Position numbers and translations under genes: made by a program
NCBI GenBank assembly: GCA_040756875.1
Contig: JBFLYH010000002.1
Coordinates: 1-64,000, forward strand
Origin: a candidate division FCPU426 bacterium
Lineage (GTDB): Bacteria > Oederibacteriota > JAAXVQ01 > JAUVAV01
Length of the DNA: 64,000 nt
Direction of reading: 5' to 3'
Notes under the pieces: generated by a model
Database searches by the model: none
What the model was told of the DNA's origin: nothing
Seen by the model: only the letters and a program-made list of their open reading frames with translations
In this document: piece after piece, positions 19,609 to 28,139 of the stretch
How positions within the stretch are numbered: the first letter of the stretch is position 1
Layout of the letters: every line of letters starts with the position of its first letter

Positions 19609-19633
19609 TGACCCTGGTTTTCTCCGGGATAAC
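19609..19633. repeat. degenerate REP-like palindrome, inverted partner of 18778-18803
   Basis: Reverse complement GTTATCCCGGAGAAAACCAGGGTC aligns to TTCATCCCGGCGAAAGCCGGGATT. Confidence 0.5.
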
Positions 19634-19645
19634 AACAGACGTATA

Positions 19646-20035
19646 TTAGACCTTACCTTGCTGGCCTGCAATTTCTTTATGCCTTTTTTCCAACCCATTT
19701 ATCAACCCGCAGATCATTTTGGCGATTTCCTCTAATTGTGTCTTGAGCGAAGCTGCTGCACTTGGCTCAATTAAACCCTGGCGCAGGCACATTTCCACCA
19801 AGGGCACGCACTCATACACCGATCCTCTGGCAATCCAGAAAAATTGCCTGCGCTCGTTGGTATGCCAGCGGCCATTGCCCTCAGCTAGATTGGCGGGTAT
19901 GGAAAGAATAGCCCGATTGATTTGGTCAGCTAAATAATAGTTCCCCCGCGGGAACTCCCTGCTCAACTTCTGTATTTGTTCAGCAACATTCAAGGCTTTT
20001 TGATAGACCTCCAATTTTTCAAACATAAAGGACAT
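19646..20035 (-). CDS. four-helix-bundle protein (23S rRNA intervening-sequence protein family)
   Basis: FEKLEVYQKA, LADQINRAILSIPANLAEG, FFWIARGSVYEC; GGAGG RBS before ATG 20035. Confidence 0.9.
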   Translation of the reverse strand: MSFMFEKLEVYQKALNVAEQIQKLSREFPRGNYYLADQINRAILSIPANLAEGNGRWHTNERRQFFWIARGSVYECVPLVEMCLRQGLIEPSAAASLKTQLEEIAKMICGLINGLEKRHKEIAGQQGKV

Positions 20036-20186
20036 AGACAGGCCTCCTGTGTTTATTGAATTAGACAGGATTTCTCTGAATATCATTCGAAAAAACGCAC
20101 GGGAGAATAACGGACTTAAGGCAGAGAAGATATTTACTAAAACAACCAGGGGACGAACAGGTATTTAAAACAATTAATTAAGATTT

Positions 20187-20296
20187 GATCAGGTGAACAG
20201 TAGATCAGGTGACCGCAGGTGAGCTTCTTGGTTGGCAATGGGTGTTTGGAGGGTGGCCTTAATCTCCTGTTCACCTGATCGCCTGCTCACCTGCTC
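20187..20296. repeat. long hairpin built of short CAGGTGA repeats
   Basis: GATCAGGTGAACAG / GATCAGGTGA / GCAGGTGAGC on the left; CTGTTCACCTGATC / GCTCACCTGC on the right. Confidence 0.7.
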
Positions 20297-20297
20297 T

Positions 20298-20328
20298 GCC
20301 AGTTTTTCGCCTGCGGCGAAAAACTGGC
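20298..20328 (-). terminator. hairpin immediately 3' of tRNA-Glu, overlapping its GCCA end
   Basis: GCCAGTTTTTCGCC-TGC-GGCGAAAAACTGGC, a perfect 14-bp stem. Confidence 0.55.
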
Positions 20329-20400
20329 GTCCCCGACGGGATTCGAACCCGTGTCATCGCCGTGAAAGGGCGATGTCCTAGGCCACTAGACGACGGGGAC
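20325..20400 (-). tRNA. tRNA-Glu (anticodon UUC)
   Basis: GTCCCCGTCGTCTAGTGGCCTAGGACATCGCCCTTTCACGGCGATGACACGGGTTCGAATCCCGTCGGGGACGCCA; cloverleaf, TTC anticodon, encoded CCA. Confidence 0.97.
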
Positions 20401-20424
20401 GTGGGGGTTATCGAAGGGTTGCCT

Positions 20425-20453
20425 AATATAAAAGAAGCCGGGGCAACTTGCAA
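20425..20453 (-). promoter_or_regulatory. sigma70-like promoter of tRNA-Glu
   Basis: TTGCAA-17 bp-TATATT on the minus strand. Confidence 0.55.
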
Positions 20454-20459
20454 GCTTTT

Positions 20460-21947
20460 TTAAGCTTCGGCTTGGGAGGCGCGTTTTCCCTTCCTGGGCG
20501 CAGCCTGGTTCGCGAGCTGCTGGTACAATTTTTCGTACTCCCGGGCCGAACGGTCCCAGGAAAAATCGTTTTTCATGGCCGTCTGCACCAGGCTATGCCA
20601 TTCGGATTTGCGGTGGTACACCTCCAGGGCCCGCCGCACGGACAGGAGCAGGGCCTCGCTGCTGTAAGCCTTGAAACTGAAGCCGTTGCCCTGCCCGTCC
20701 TGGTAGTTCACGATGGTGTCTGCCAGGCCCCCGGTGTGCCGCACCAGGGGAATGGTGCCGTAGCGCAGGCTGATGAGCTGGCCCAGGCCGCAGGGTTCGT
20801 AAAGGCTGGGCATAAGGAAAAGGTCCGAACCCGCGTAAATGCGATGGGCCATGGGATCGTTGAATTCCAGGACCAGGGCGAATTTACGGGGAAACTTCGC
20901 CTTCATTTTCAAAAAGAAATCATGATGTTTTTTGGCGCCCACGCCGAGCATCACCAGCTGCACGTCCAGCTGCATGATCTTTTCCATGGCTTCGGCCACC
21001 AGATCCAGCCCTTTCTGGTCATCCAGCCGGCTCACCATGCCCATGAGCGGGGCGCGCTCCAGGGGGTAAAGGCCGAGCTCGTGCAGCAGCGCGGTCTTCA
21101 CCTGCTGTTTGCCTTCGGGGGACTCAGGCCCGTACGAAACCGGCAGATGGGGGTCCCGGGCCGGGTCCCACAAGTCATAGTCCACCCCGTTGAGGATGCC
21201 CGACAGGTCGGCCCGGCGGTGACGCAGTACTCCGTCCAAGCCGCAACCGAATTCCGGCGTCTGGATCTCCCGCGCGTAAGTGGGCGAGACAGTGCTGATG
21301 GCGTCCGCGAACATGAGGCCGCCCTTGAGAAAATTCAATCCGCCGTAGAACTCTAAGCCGTCGGGCGTGAACAGGCCCGGGGGCAGGCCGGTGAGGTCGA
21401 AGCTTTTCGGAGGAAAATGCCCCTGGTACGCCAGATTATGGATCGTCATCAGGCTGTGCGCCCGGCGGTAAGCGGGTTCCTGCGCGTAGAGGGTCTTCAG
21501 ATAGGCGGGGATCAGCCCGGTGTGCCAGTCGTGCACATGCACCATGTCCCAATTCAGGCCAAGCTGTTTGCCCAGTTCCAGGGCGCCGCGGCACAGGAGA
21601 ATGAAGCGTTGGTCGTTGTCCGGATATTCGGAATCCATGGCCTGATACAGGCCGGGCCGGCTATAGAAGGGATCGTAGCGCAGGAAATAAACGCCGTGGC
21701 CGGCGGCGGTGTCGCGCGCCTGCCACACCTCGGTATGCACCCGGCCCGAACCCAGGGGCACGGGCAGGAACCGCGAGGGCTTGACCAGGGGCACGCCCGC
21801 GTCCCAGACGCGGCGGTACAGGGGCATGACCACGTGCACCGAATGGCCCAGACGGCGCAGGGCCCGGGGCAGCGCTTGCGCCACGTCCGCCAAGCCGCCG
21901 GTTTTGGCGAAGGGCACGCATTCGGAAACGGGAAAAAGGATATTCAT
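20460..21947 (-). CDS. glgA: glycogen synthase
   Basis: ECVPFAKTGGLADV, HVHDWHT, TIHNLAYQG, MPSLYEPCGLGQ, HTGGLADT; start at MNILF. Confidence 0.95.
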   Translation of the reverse strand: MNILFPVSECVPFAKTGGLADVAQALPRALRRLGHSVHVVMPLYRRVWDAGVPLVKPSRFLPVPLGSGRVHTEVWQARDTAAGHGVYFLRYDPFYSRPGLYQAMDSEYPDNDQRFILLCRGALELGKQLGLNWDMVHVHDWHTGLIPAYLKTLYAQEPAYRRAHSLMTIHNLAYQGHFPPKSFDLTGLPPGLFTPDGLEFYGGLNFLKGGLMFADAISTVSPTYAREIQTPEFGCGLDGVLRHRRADLSGILNGVDYDLWDPARDPHLPVSYGPESPEGKQQVKTALLHELGLYPLERAPLMGMVSRLDDQKGLDLVAEAMEKIMQLDVQLVMLGVGAKKHHDFFLKMKAKFPRKFALVLEFNDPMAHRIYAGSDLFLMPSLYEPCGLGQLISLRYGTIPLVRHTGGLADTIVNYQDGQGNGFSFKAYSSEALLLSVRRALEVYHRKSEWHSLVQTAMKNDFSWDRSAREYEKLYQQLANQAAPRKGKRASQAEA

Positions 21948-21989
21948 GTGTTCGGCATTCCCCACTGAAACAGTTCGGATGGCCCTAGC

Positions 21990-22165
21990 AGAGTGCTGAA
22001 AAATCCCATTATCTTCCGCTAGCACCCTGCACTGGCCCTCCATAATAGATACGACTGGTAGGGCCAGCACCTGACGGCTATCCCTTGAAAAACCTCCGGT
22101 TTTTCAAGGGATATTCAACGCAGTGCGAGCGAAAAAGCCCGCTGGGCGGGCTTTTTCACAAGCCT
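21990..22165. mobile_element. putative MITE / multi-hairpin element, including a terminator-like hairpin
   Basis: Imperfect terminal IR (GTGCTGAAAAATCCC vs GGGCTTTTTCACAAGCC). Internal hairpins CTGGCCCT..AGGGCCAG, TATCCCTTGAAAAACC-TCC-GGTTTTTCAAGGGATA and GAAAAAGCCCGC-TGG-GCGGGCTTTTTC. Confidence 0.5.
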
Positions 22166-22166
22166 A

Positions 22167-23240
22167 CTAGCGGTATTTCTGGGTGTCCAGGACAATCACG
22201 GTATTATTATTCACCCGGCTGGAGGCTCCGGTGCCCAGGGTCAGCTGGGGCCCGGATATTTCCAAGCGGTTTTGGTTCGTCCATTTATCCAGATAATTGG
22301 CGACATAAGCCCGGCTGCCGTCCGGCAGAAACACCACGCCCCAGGGCGTGACATCCAGCTTGATCCGGTATACCACTGTATGCTGGTCCGTGTCCAGGAT
22401 CGCCACCGTATTATCGAACTGACAGGTGACGTAGACATACCGTCCGCTCGGCGCCACGGCCAGGTCCATGGGGGCCTGGCCCACGGGAATGGTCAGCACG
22501 GGGTGTTGGGTGGGCACGTGGATCACGGTCACATCGTCTGAATCGTGGTTGGCGACATAGGCGTACTCGCCCGCTGAACCGAAGGCGATCGCGTCGGGTA
22601 CCGAGCCGGCGTTGGTCCGCGACACCACGGTTTGCTCGCTGGTGGAAAAAACCAGCAGGTTGTAGCGCGGCGACCGCGTGCTCACATACACGAACCGGCC
22701 GTCCGGCGAGACGGCCACGCCCAGGCATTCCGAGCTGGTGGATATGGTCTGCCGCACGCGCTGGTTGACCAGGTCCACGACGGTCAGATAGGGCGCGAAA
22801 CCGCTGGTCACATAAGCCAGCTTTTCCTCCGGGTCCACCGCGACTTTTTCCGGCGGATAAGGCAGATCGATGGCCGCGATCAGATAATTGCCGTCCTGGC
22901 TGACGAGGTTGAGGCTGCGCCCCTGGCGGGCGGTGACGTACACCGTCTTCTGGCTGGCGCCCAAGGCCACCCAGACGGGATTGCCGTTCACCTGGATGGT
23001 GGAAACCACCGTCAGGGTTTGGGTGTCGATTTTGGAAACGGAATTGCTGCCGCTGTTGGCCGCGTACAGCCACCGGCCGTCGGCGGTGACCGCCAGGCCG
23101 ATGGGATTGTAACCCACGCGCACGCGCTGCCGCACCAAGGGATCGCATTCAGGCTGGCATTCCAGGGGTGGAACGGCGGGCGCGGCGCAGCCGCCAAGCA
23201 GCAACAGCACCCACCAGACGTTTAAAACCCGTTTTGACAT
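22167..23240 (-). CDS. YVTN/YncE-type beta-propeller lipoprotein
   Basis: LLLGGC lipobox; about seven repeats of P..vAvspDG..vYVtn. Confidence 0.9.
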   Translation of the reverse strand: MSKRVLNVWWVLLLLGGCAAPAVPPLECQPECDPLVRQRVRVGYNPIGLAVTADGRWLYAANSGSNSVSKIDTQTLTVVSTIQVNGNPVWVALGASQKTVYVTARQGRSLNLVSQDGNYLIAAIDLPYPPEKVAVDPEEKLAYVTSGFAPYLTVVDLVNQRVRQTISTSSECLGVAVSPDGRFVYVSTRSPRYNLLVFSTSEQTVVSRTNAGSVPDAIAFGSAGEYAYVANHDSDDVTVIHVPTQHPVLTIPVGQAPMDLAVAPSGRYVYVTCQFDNTVAILDTDQHTVVYRIKLDVTPWGVVFLPDGSRAYVANYLDKWTNQNRLEISGPQLTLGTGASSRVNNNTVIVLDTQKYR

Positions 23241-23296
23241 GAAGGTCCTTCTGCAGCGGTTTTTCCCCTCCGGCCCGGCCTGCGTCGGGGAGTCTC

Positions 23297-23326
23297 ATTA
23301 TACTGCCGCCGGTTTTAGGGTGTCAA
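23297..23326 (-). promoter_or_regulatory. sigma70-like promoter for the YVTN gene
   Basis: TTGACA-18 bp-TATAAT on the minus strand. Confidence 0.65.
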
Positions 23327-24474
23327 TTGGCCTTCTCGGAGAGCCGCTCGCGGTAATAACCGGTCAAGCCGCGGTCAATGACTTCAGCCAGCCGCTTGCA
23401 AAAAGCGCGGCTGCGCAGCTTGCTTTCCTCGGTGTTGTTGCTGATGAAGGCGGTCTCAACCAGGATCGAGGGCATATGGGACTTGGCCAGCACATAAAAC
23501 GGCGCCCGCTCGATGCGCTTGGCGTTCAGCCCCACGGTCTCAAAATGCTGGCTGACCAGGCCGCCGGCCGTAATGCTTGCTTCCTCGTGGATGGCCTGGC
23601 GCAGGTCGTCCTTGATGATTTCCAGGTAGTTGGCGTCCTGGTTTTCCAGTCGCGCCGCTTCCGCGGCCTGGCGGGACGAAGCCTCCCGGTTGTAGATAAA
23701 CACCTGGCTGCCCGACGCCTCCGCGTTCCGGGAGGCGTTGGCGTGGATGGAAACAAACAGGTCGGCCTTGGCCTCGTTGGCGATTTCAGCCCGGCGCTGG
23801 AGGGAAATAAAAGTATCGTCGGACCGCGTCATAAGCACGCGGAAGCCGCGCGCGGCCAGCAGGTCCCGCAGTTTAAGGCCGACTTCCAACGTCACGACCT
23901 TTTCCTTCAGGCCCGACGGGCCGATGGCGCCCGGGTCCTTGCCGCCGTGTCCGGGATCGAGGACAACCAGGGGTTTGCCGCGCGACGGCGCGGCTTTGGG
24001 TTCCTCCGCCGGTTCCGCGGCCCCCGCCCCGATGGTCAGCAAGCGGCGCTGGGAATCATAGGCCGGAGCCTGCTGGCCAACCTGCCGCCAGATCGTCACC
24101 AGTGTCTCGGGCGTCACCACCACCTGGCCCCGCACCAGGCGGGGACTGGCGGGCAGGCGCAGCAAGGAGGTCCGGTCCACCACGGATTTGGGCAGCCCGA
24201 GGTTCAGGCTGGCCGTGCGACCGTTCGTGCCCTGCACCAGCACCCGCTGGCTTGAAGCCTGCCAGCTGGTCTTCCCGCCCAAATACTCCACGGCCTGCCT
24301 GAGCGGCACATACACCCGTTCCCCTTCGGACTGCAGGGGCAACGCCACGCCCGGCCGGCCCGAGGCCTCGAGCCGGAGCACAGCGGTGTCCACCGCCAGG
24401 GCCTGCAGCGCCGGCCAGAGGGCGAGCAGGCCGGCTGCCAGCAGGACAGCCGCCGGTCGGGAAACCGCCGGCAT
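23323..24474 (-). CDS. N-acetylmuramoyl-L-alanine amidase (Amidase_3) with an N-terminal copper-amine-oxidase-like domain
   Basis: Signal peptide; YVPLRQAVEYLGG; LDPGHGGKDPGA, EK, SIHANA, SILVETAFISN. Confidence 0.92.
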   Translation of the reverse strand: MPAVSRPAAVLLAAGLLALWPALQALAVDTAVLRLEASGRPGVALPLQSEGERVYVPLRQAVEYLGGKTSWQASSQRVLVQGTNGRTASLNLGLPKSVVDRTSLLRLPASPRLVRGQVVVTPETLVTIWRQVGQQAPAYDSQRRLLTIGAGAAEPAEEPKAAPSRGKPLVVLDPGHGGKDPGAIGPSGLKEKVVTLEVGLKLRDLLAARGFRVLMTRSDDTFISLQRRAEIANEAKADLFVSIHANASRNAEASGSQVFIYNREASSRQAAEAARLENQDANYLEIIKDDLRQAIHEEASITAGGLVSQHFETVGLNAKRIERAPFYVLAKSHMPSILVETAFISNNTEESKLRSRAFCKRLAEVIDRGLTGYYRERLSEKAN

Positions 24475-24477
24475 GTC

Positions 24478-25641
24478 TTACTTCACCTCGATTTTGCGCC
24501 GGAGAAACGTCGGGATGTCGAGGTCGAGCTCCAGCGTCTCCGCATCAAGCGCCAGCTGGTCCGGAACGCCGCTACGCCGCTGCGCTTCCCGGGCCTTCAG
24601 GTAGGACTGCAGGTCCAGGGAACGGCTGCTGCGATAGCGCAGGGGTTCCTTTTCTTTTTCCTTTTCCTGCGCTTCGGCGTGGGTCTCGAACCCTGTGGCG
24701 ATCACCGTGATCTTCACCTCGTCGTTCAGGCTTTCGTCGATCACCGTGCCGAAAATGACATTGGCGTCCTTGCCGGCGCATTCGTACACTTCGTTGGACG
24801 CCTCGGTGGCCTCATGCAGGGTCAGCGTCTTTCCGCCGGTGATGTTGATCAAAAGACCCTTGGCCCCTGAAATATTTACGTCCTCCAGCAGGGGACTGGA
24901 GATGGCGGCCCGGGCGGCTTTCAGCGACCGTTGTTCGCCGGATGCAGTGCCGGTGCCCATCAGGGCACCGCCCATTTCCGACATGACGGTTTTGATGTCA
25001 GCAAAATCCAGGTTGATTATCCCGGGAACCGTTATCAGCTCGGCGATGCTCTGCACCGCCTGCCGGAGGACGTCATCTGCATAGCGAAACGCGTCGATCA
25101 GGGTGGTCTGGCGGTTCACCACCTGCAACAAGCGTTCGTTGGGCACCGCGATTACGGTGTCCGCCGCCTCGCGCAGCGCCGCGTAGCCCGTATCAGCCTG
25201 CTGCTTGCGGGTGCGGCCTTCAAAGGCGAACGGCCGGCTCACCACGGCCACGACCAGCGAACCCTGTTTGCGCGCCAGTTCGGCAACCACCGGCGCCGCG
25301 CCGGTGCCCGTGCCGCCGCCCAGGCCCGCGGTGATGAAGACCATGTGCGCGCCGGCGATGGCGGTGGACAGCTCTTCCATGCTCTCCAGGGCCGCCTTGC
25401 GCCCCACCTCGGGGTCCGCGCCCGCGCCCAGGCCGCTGGTCAGCTGCTGGCCGATCTGAATGCGGTGCGTGGCCTTGGAACCCACCAGGTCCTGGGCGTC
25501 CGTATTGACGGCCACGAACTCCACCCCCCGGATGCCGATTTCGATCATGCGGTTGACAGCATTGTTGCCGGCTCCGCCCACTCCGATGACCTTGATCTTC
25601 GCGGACAATTCCGAAAGATCTTCTGCCATATCAAAACGCAT
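24478..25641 (-). CDS. ftsZ: cell division protein FtsZ
   Basis: IKVIGVGGAGNNA, GGGTGTG, NLDFAD, C-terminal DIPTFLRR; start at MRFDM after a GGAGG RBS. Confidence 0.98.
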   Translation of the reverse strand: MRFDMAEDLSELSAKIKVIGVGGAGNNAVNRMIEIGIRGVEFVAVNTDAQDLVGSKATHRIQIGQQLTSGLGAGADPEVGRKAALESMEELSTAIAGAHMVFITAGLGGGTGTGAAPVVAELARKQGSLVVAVVSRPFAFEGRTRKQQADTGYAALREAADTVIAVPNERLLQVVNRQTTLIDAFRYADDVLRQAVQSIAELITVPGIINLDFADIKTVMSEMGGALMGTGTASGEQRSLKAARAAISSPLLEDVNISGAKGLLINITGGKTLTLHEATEASNEVYECAGKDANVIFGTVIDESLNDEVKITVIATGFETHAEAQEKEKEKEPLRYRSSRSLDLQSYLKAREAQRRSGVPDQLALDAETLELDLDIPTFLRRKIEVK

Positions 25642-25773
25642 GGTGGTGAACCCTCCTGGAAGATGTGCGGCCCCTGGCCAGCCAGCCAGGAAGACCGTAA
25701 CTCTGTTCTTTGCTCCCCCCCAACCCCCTTCGAAAAGCCAACACCGGTTGGGATGCAATCCGCCACTGCTCAA

Positions 25774-25924
25774 GTGGTTTTGATCTGGGTGAAAGGGCGT
25801 TTGCGAAAAGGACTTTTATTCTAACCTTTTCGCCCCGACCGGAAGGATATTGGGACTTCCTGCGGTCGCAAGCCGAGGCGGCCGACCCTAGGGCCGCCGT
25901 CCCTTGAACCCAGATCAAAACCAC
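25774..25924. repeat. 151-bp structured element between ftsA and ftsZ
   Basis: Perfect 17-bp terminal IR GTGGTTTTGATCTGGGT/ACCCAGATCAAAACCAC enclosing three hairpins. Confidence 0.8.
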
Positions 25925-25959
25925 CCAGTACCACCGGCAATCAATATTTGCGGTGGCTT

Positions 25960-27207
25960 TTAGAAATAATCCGAAAACCACTCCTTCATCCGCACCAGCG
26001 TGCGGTTGAAAAGGTTCTTTTCATTGGCGAACCGGGGCTGGCGCCCGGCCGGCCGGCTCTGGGCCCCAAAGTGGACCAGCCCGACGGCTGTGGCGTACTG
26101 CGGCGCGGTTACGCTGTCGATCAGGCCCGTGATGTTCCTGGGCACGCCGATCCGCACCGGGACTTTCAAAATCTCTTCGGCCAAGGCTTCGGCCCCGGCC
26201 AGCATGGAAGCGCCGCCGGTCAGGACCACCCCGGCCGCGGCTTTCTCCTCGAAACCGTTTTTCTTGATCTCCATGTCCACCAGCTCGAAAATTTCTTCCA
26301 TGCGCGGCTGGATGATTTCGGCCAGCTCCCGCCGCAGCAGGGCGCGCTGCGGCCTGCCGCCCACGCCCGGCACCATGATCTCCTGCCCTTCCTCGGCCAT
26401 CGAAACCATGGCGCATCCGTACTTGCGCTTGATTTCCTCGGCTTCGTGGTTGGGAGTGCGCAGGCCGATGGCCACGTCCGCGGTAAGCTGGTTGCCGCCG
26501 ATGGCGATCACGCTGGAGTGCCACAGCGAGCCCTCGATGAACACCGCGATGTCCGTGGTGCCGCCGCCGATGTCCACCAGCACCACGCCCAGTTCGCGCT
26601 CGTCCGGCGTCAGCACGGCCTCGGCGCTGGCCAGGGGCTGCAGCACGATGTCCTCGACCGCGTAACCGGCGCGTTCCACGCTCTTGATGATGTTCTGCAC
26701 GCTGGTCACGGCGCCGGTGACGATGTGCACCTCCGCCTCCAGCCGCACGCCGGACATGCCCACCGGCTCCTTGATGCCGTCCTGGCTGTCCACGATGAAT
26801 TCCTGGGGAATGACGTGGATCACTTCCCGGTCCAGCGGCAGGGCGATGGCCTTGGCCGCGTCGATCACGCGGTCCACGTCCTCCTGGCTGATCTCCTTGT
26901 CCTTGCGGGAGACCGCGATCACGCCGTGGGAATTCAGGCCCTTGATGTGTCCGCCCGCGATGCCCGTGAACACCGAGCCCACGGACACGCCGGCCATGCG
27001 CTCGGCCTCGGCCACCGCGGACTTGACGGAATCGATGGTGTTCTCGATGTTGACCACCACGCCCTTGCGCAGGCCCCGGGAAGGCTTGACCCCCACGCCC
27101 AGCACGTTGATCAGCCCCTGGGGCTGGACTTCGGCGATCAGGGCGCAGATCTTGGTTGTGCCCAGATCCAAGCCGACGATGATGTTCTCGTGCGTGTCTC
27201 TCGCCAT
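25960..27207 (-). CDS. ftsA: cell division protein FtsA
   Basis: GLDLGTTKI, GMSGVRLEAEVH, VDIGGGTTD, LTGGAS, YATAVGL. Confidence 0.98.
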   Translation of the reverse strand: MARDTHENIIVGLDLGTTKICALIAEVQPQGLINVLGVGVKPSRGLRKGVVVNIENTIDSVKSAVAEAERMAGVSVGSVFTGIAGGHIKGLNSHGVIAVSRKDKEISQEDVDRVIDAAKAIALPLDREVIHVIPQEFIVDSQDGIKEPVGMSGVRLEAEVHIVTGAVTSVQNIIKSVERAGYAVEDIVLQPLASAEAVLTPDERELGVVLVDIGGGTTDIAVFIEGSLWHSSVIAIGGNQLTADVAIGLRTPNHEAEEIKRKYGCAMVSMAEEGQEIMVPGVGGRPQRALLRRELAEIIQPRMEEIFELVDMEIKKNGFEEKAAAGVVLTGGASMLAGAEALAEEILKVPVRIGVPRNITGLIDSVTAPQYATAVGLVHFGAQSRPAGRQPRFANEKNLFNRTLVRMKEWFSDYF

Positions 27208-27226
27208 GCCCTCACCTCGCTCTCCG

Positions 27227-27330
27227 GGAGTTTGGGCCCGATCGGCTCAAACTCCAGAGCAATTGAGAGTTGGGCAGTTGAACAGCAGAAACCTCAATTG
27301 CGGCCAACTGTCTGCTGATCAACTGCTCAT
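27227..27330. repeat. palindromic element between ftsQ and ftsA
   Basis: GGAGTTTGGGCC/GGCTCAAACTCC hairpin; GCAGTTGA-A-CAGCAGA vs TCTGCTG-A-TCAACTGC; GCAATTGAG/CTCAATTGC. Confidence 0.6.
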
Positions 27331-27374
27331 GCTCAAAACCAAAGGACAAGCCTCGTTCATCTCTAGCGCGAACC

Positions 27375-28139
27375 CTACTTCGTTCCTTTCGGCCGCACGA
27401 CCACCTGCTGCTCATAGCGCAGGTCCACGACCGCGATCCGTTTCTGTTTGGCCCGGATGTCTCCCAGCACGGCTCCCAGCCGGTGCAGATCCCGCGCCAG
27501 CGAAGGGCCGGGGTCGAGCCAGACTTTCACGCCGTCCCGCATGAAGATCACCAGGCCTTCGGGCTCGCCCCAGTGGATCTCCGAAATCTGCGATTGATAC
27601 GGCACCGCCAGCAGCCGGGACAGCAGGGCCCGGTCCAGGTCGGTCCGCAGCACCATGCCCATGTTTCCGGGCTCTTCCCTCACCGTCAAGCCGGTCAGGA
27701 CCGGCAAATCGGCCGGCAGCGAGCCGGGCAAGGGCCACAAGCCCCCTTGATCGTCCAGCAAAAACAAACCCTTGTCCGAAACCAGGGCCACCGGCCTGAC
27801 CGCCGGGGTGGTTGTTTCGGGAACAGGCGCCGCGGACTCGGCCGCGCCTTCCGGCAGAAAATACCGCCGCCCCGCTTCCAACCAGCCGGCCACCAGCCGC
27901 TCCGCCTCCTGGCGCAGGGCCTCTTCCTTGCCCAGCACCACCACGCTCAGGACCAACAGGGTCAGGGCCACGAACACCCGGCTGGTCCGGCCCAGCATCT
28001 CCCCGTGCGTGCGGCGGGCCGGCGTCATGTCCATGCGCAGCCGCTTGACCCGGCGGTTGCCTTTTTTGGCCGGGCGGCGCCGGTCCGGCGCGGCGGCTAC
28101 GCTGGCGCTGGCGTAACTCCAGCCGTAGCTATACTTCAA
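27375..28139 (-). CDS. ftsQ: divergent FtsQ/DivIB-like protein
   Basis: Position between ddl and ftsA; basic N-terminus, single TM, LPVLTG and VDLRY motifs; TTG start overlaps the ddl stop. Confidence 0.75.
   Translation of the reverse strand: MKYSYGWSYASASVAAAPDRRRPAKKGNRRVKRLRMDMTPARRTHGEMLGRTSRVFVALTLLVLSVVVLGKEEALRQEAERLVAGWLEAGRRYFLPEGAAESAAPVPETTTPAVRPVALVSDKGLFLLDDQGGLWPLPGSLPADLPVLTGLTVREEPGNMGMVLRTDLDRALLSRLLAVPYQSQISEIHWGEPEGLVIFMRDGVKVWLDPGPSLARDLHRLGAVLGDIRAKQKRIAVVDLRYEQQVVVRPKGTK

Noticed and set aside
19336-19735. Short ORFs across 19336-19735
   Set aside because: They are translations of the REP-like palindromes.
19646-20035. Four-helix-bundle gene as the Avd of a diversity-generating retroelement
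   Set aside because: No reverse transcriptase and no TR/VR repeat pair seen in the window.
18700-20400. Prophage or integrative element at tRNA-Glu
   Set aside because: No integrase, and no direct repeat of the tRNA 3' end was found.
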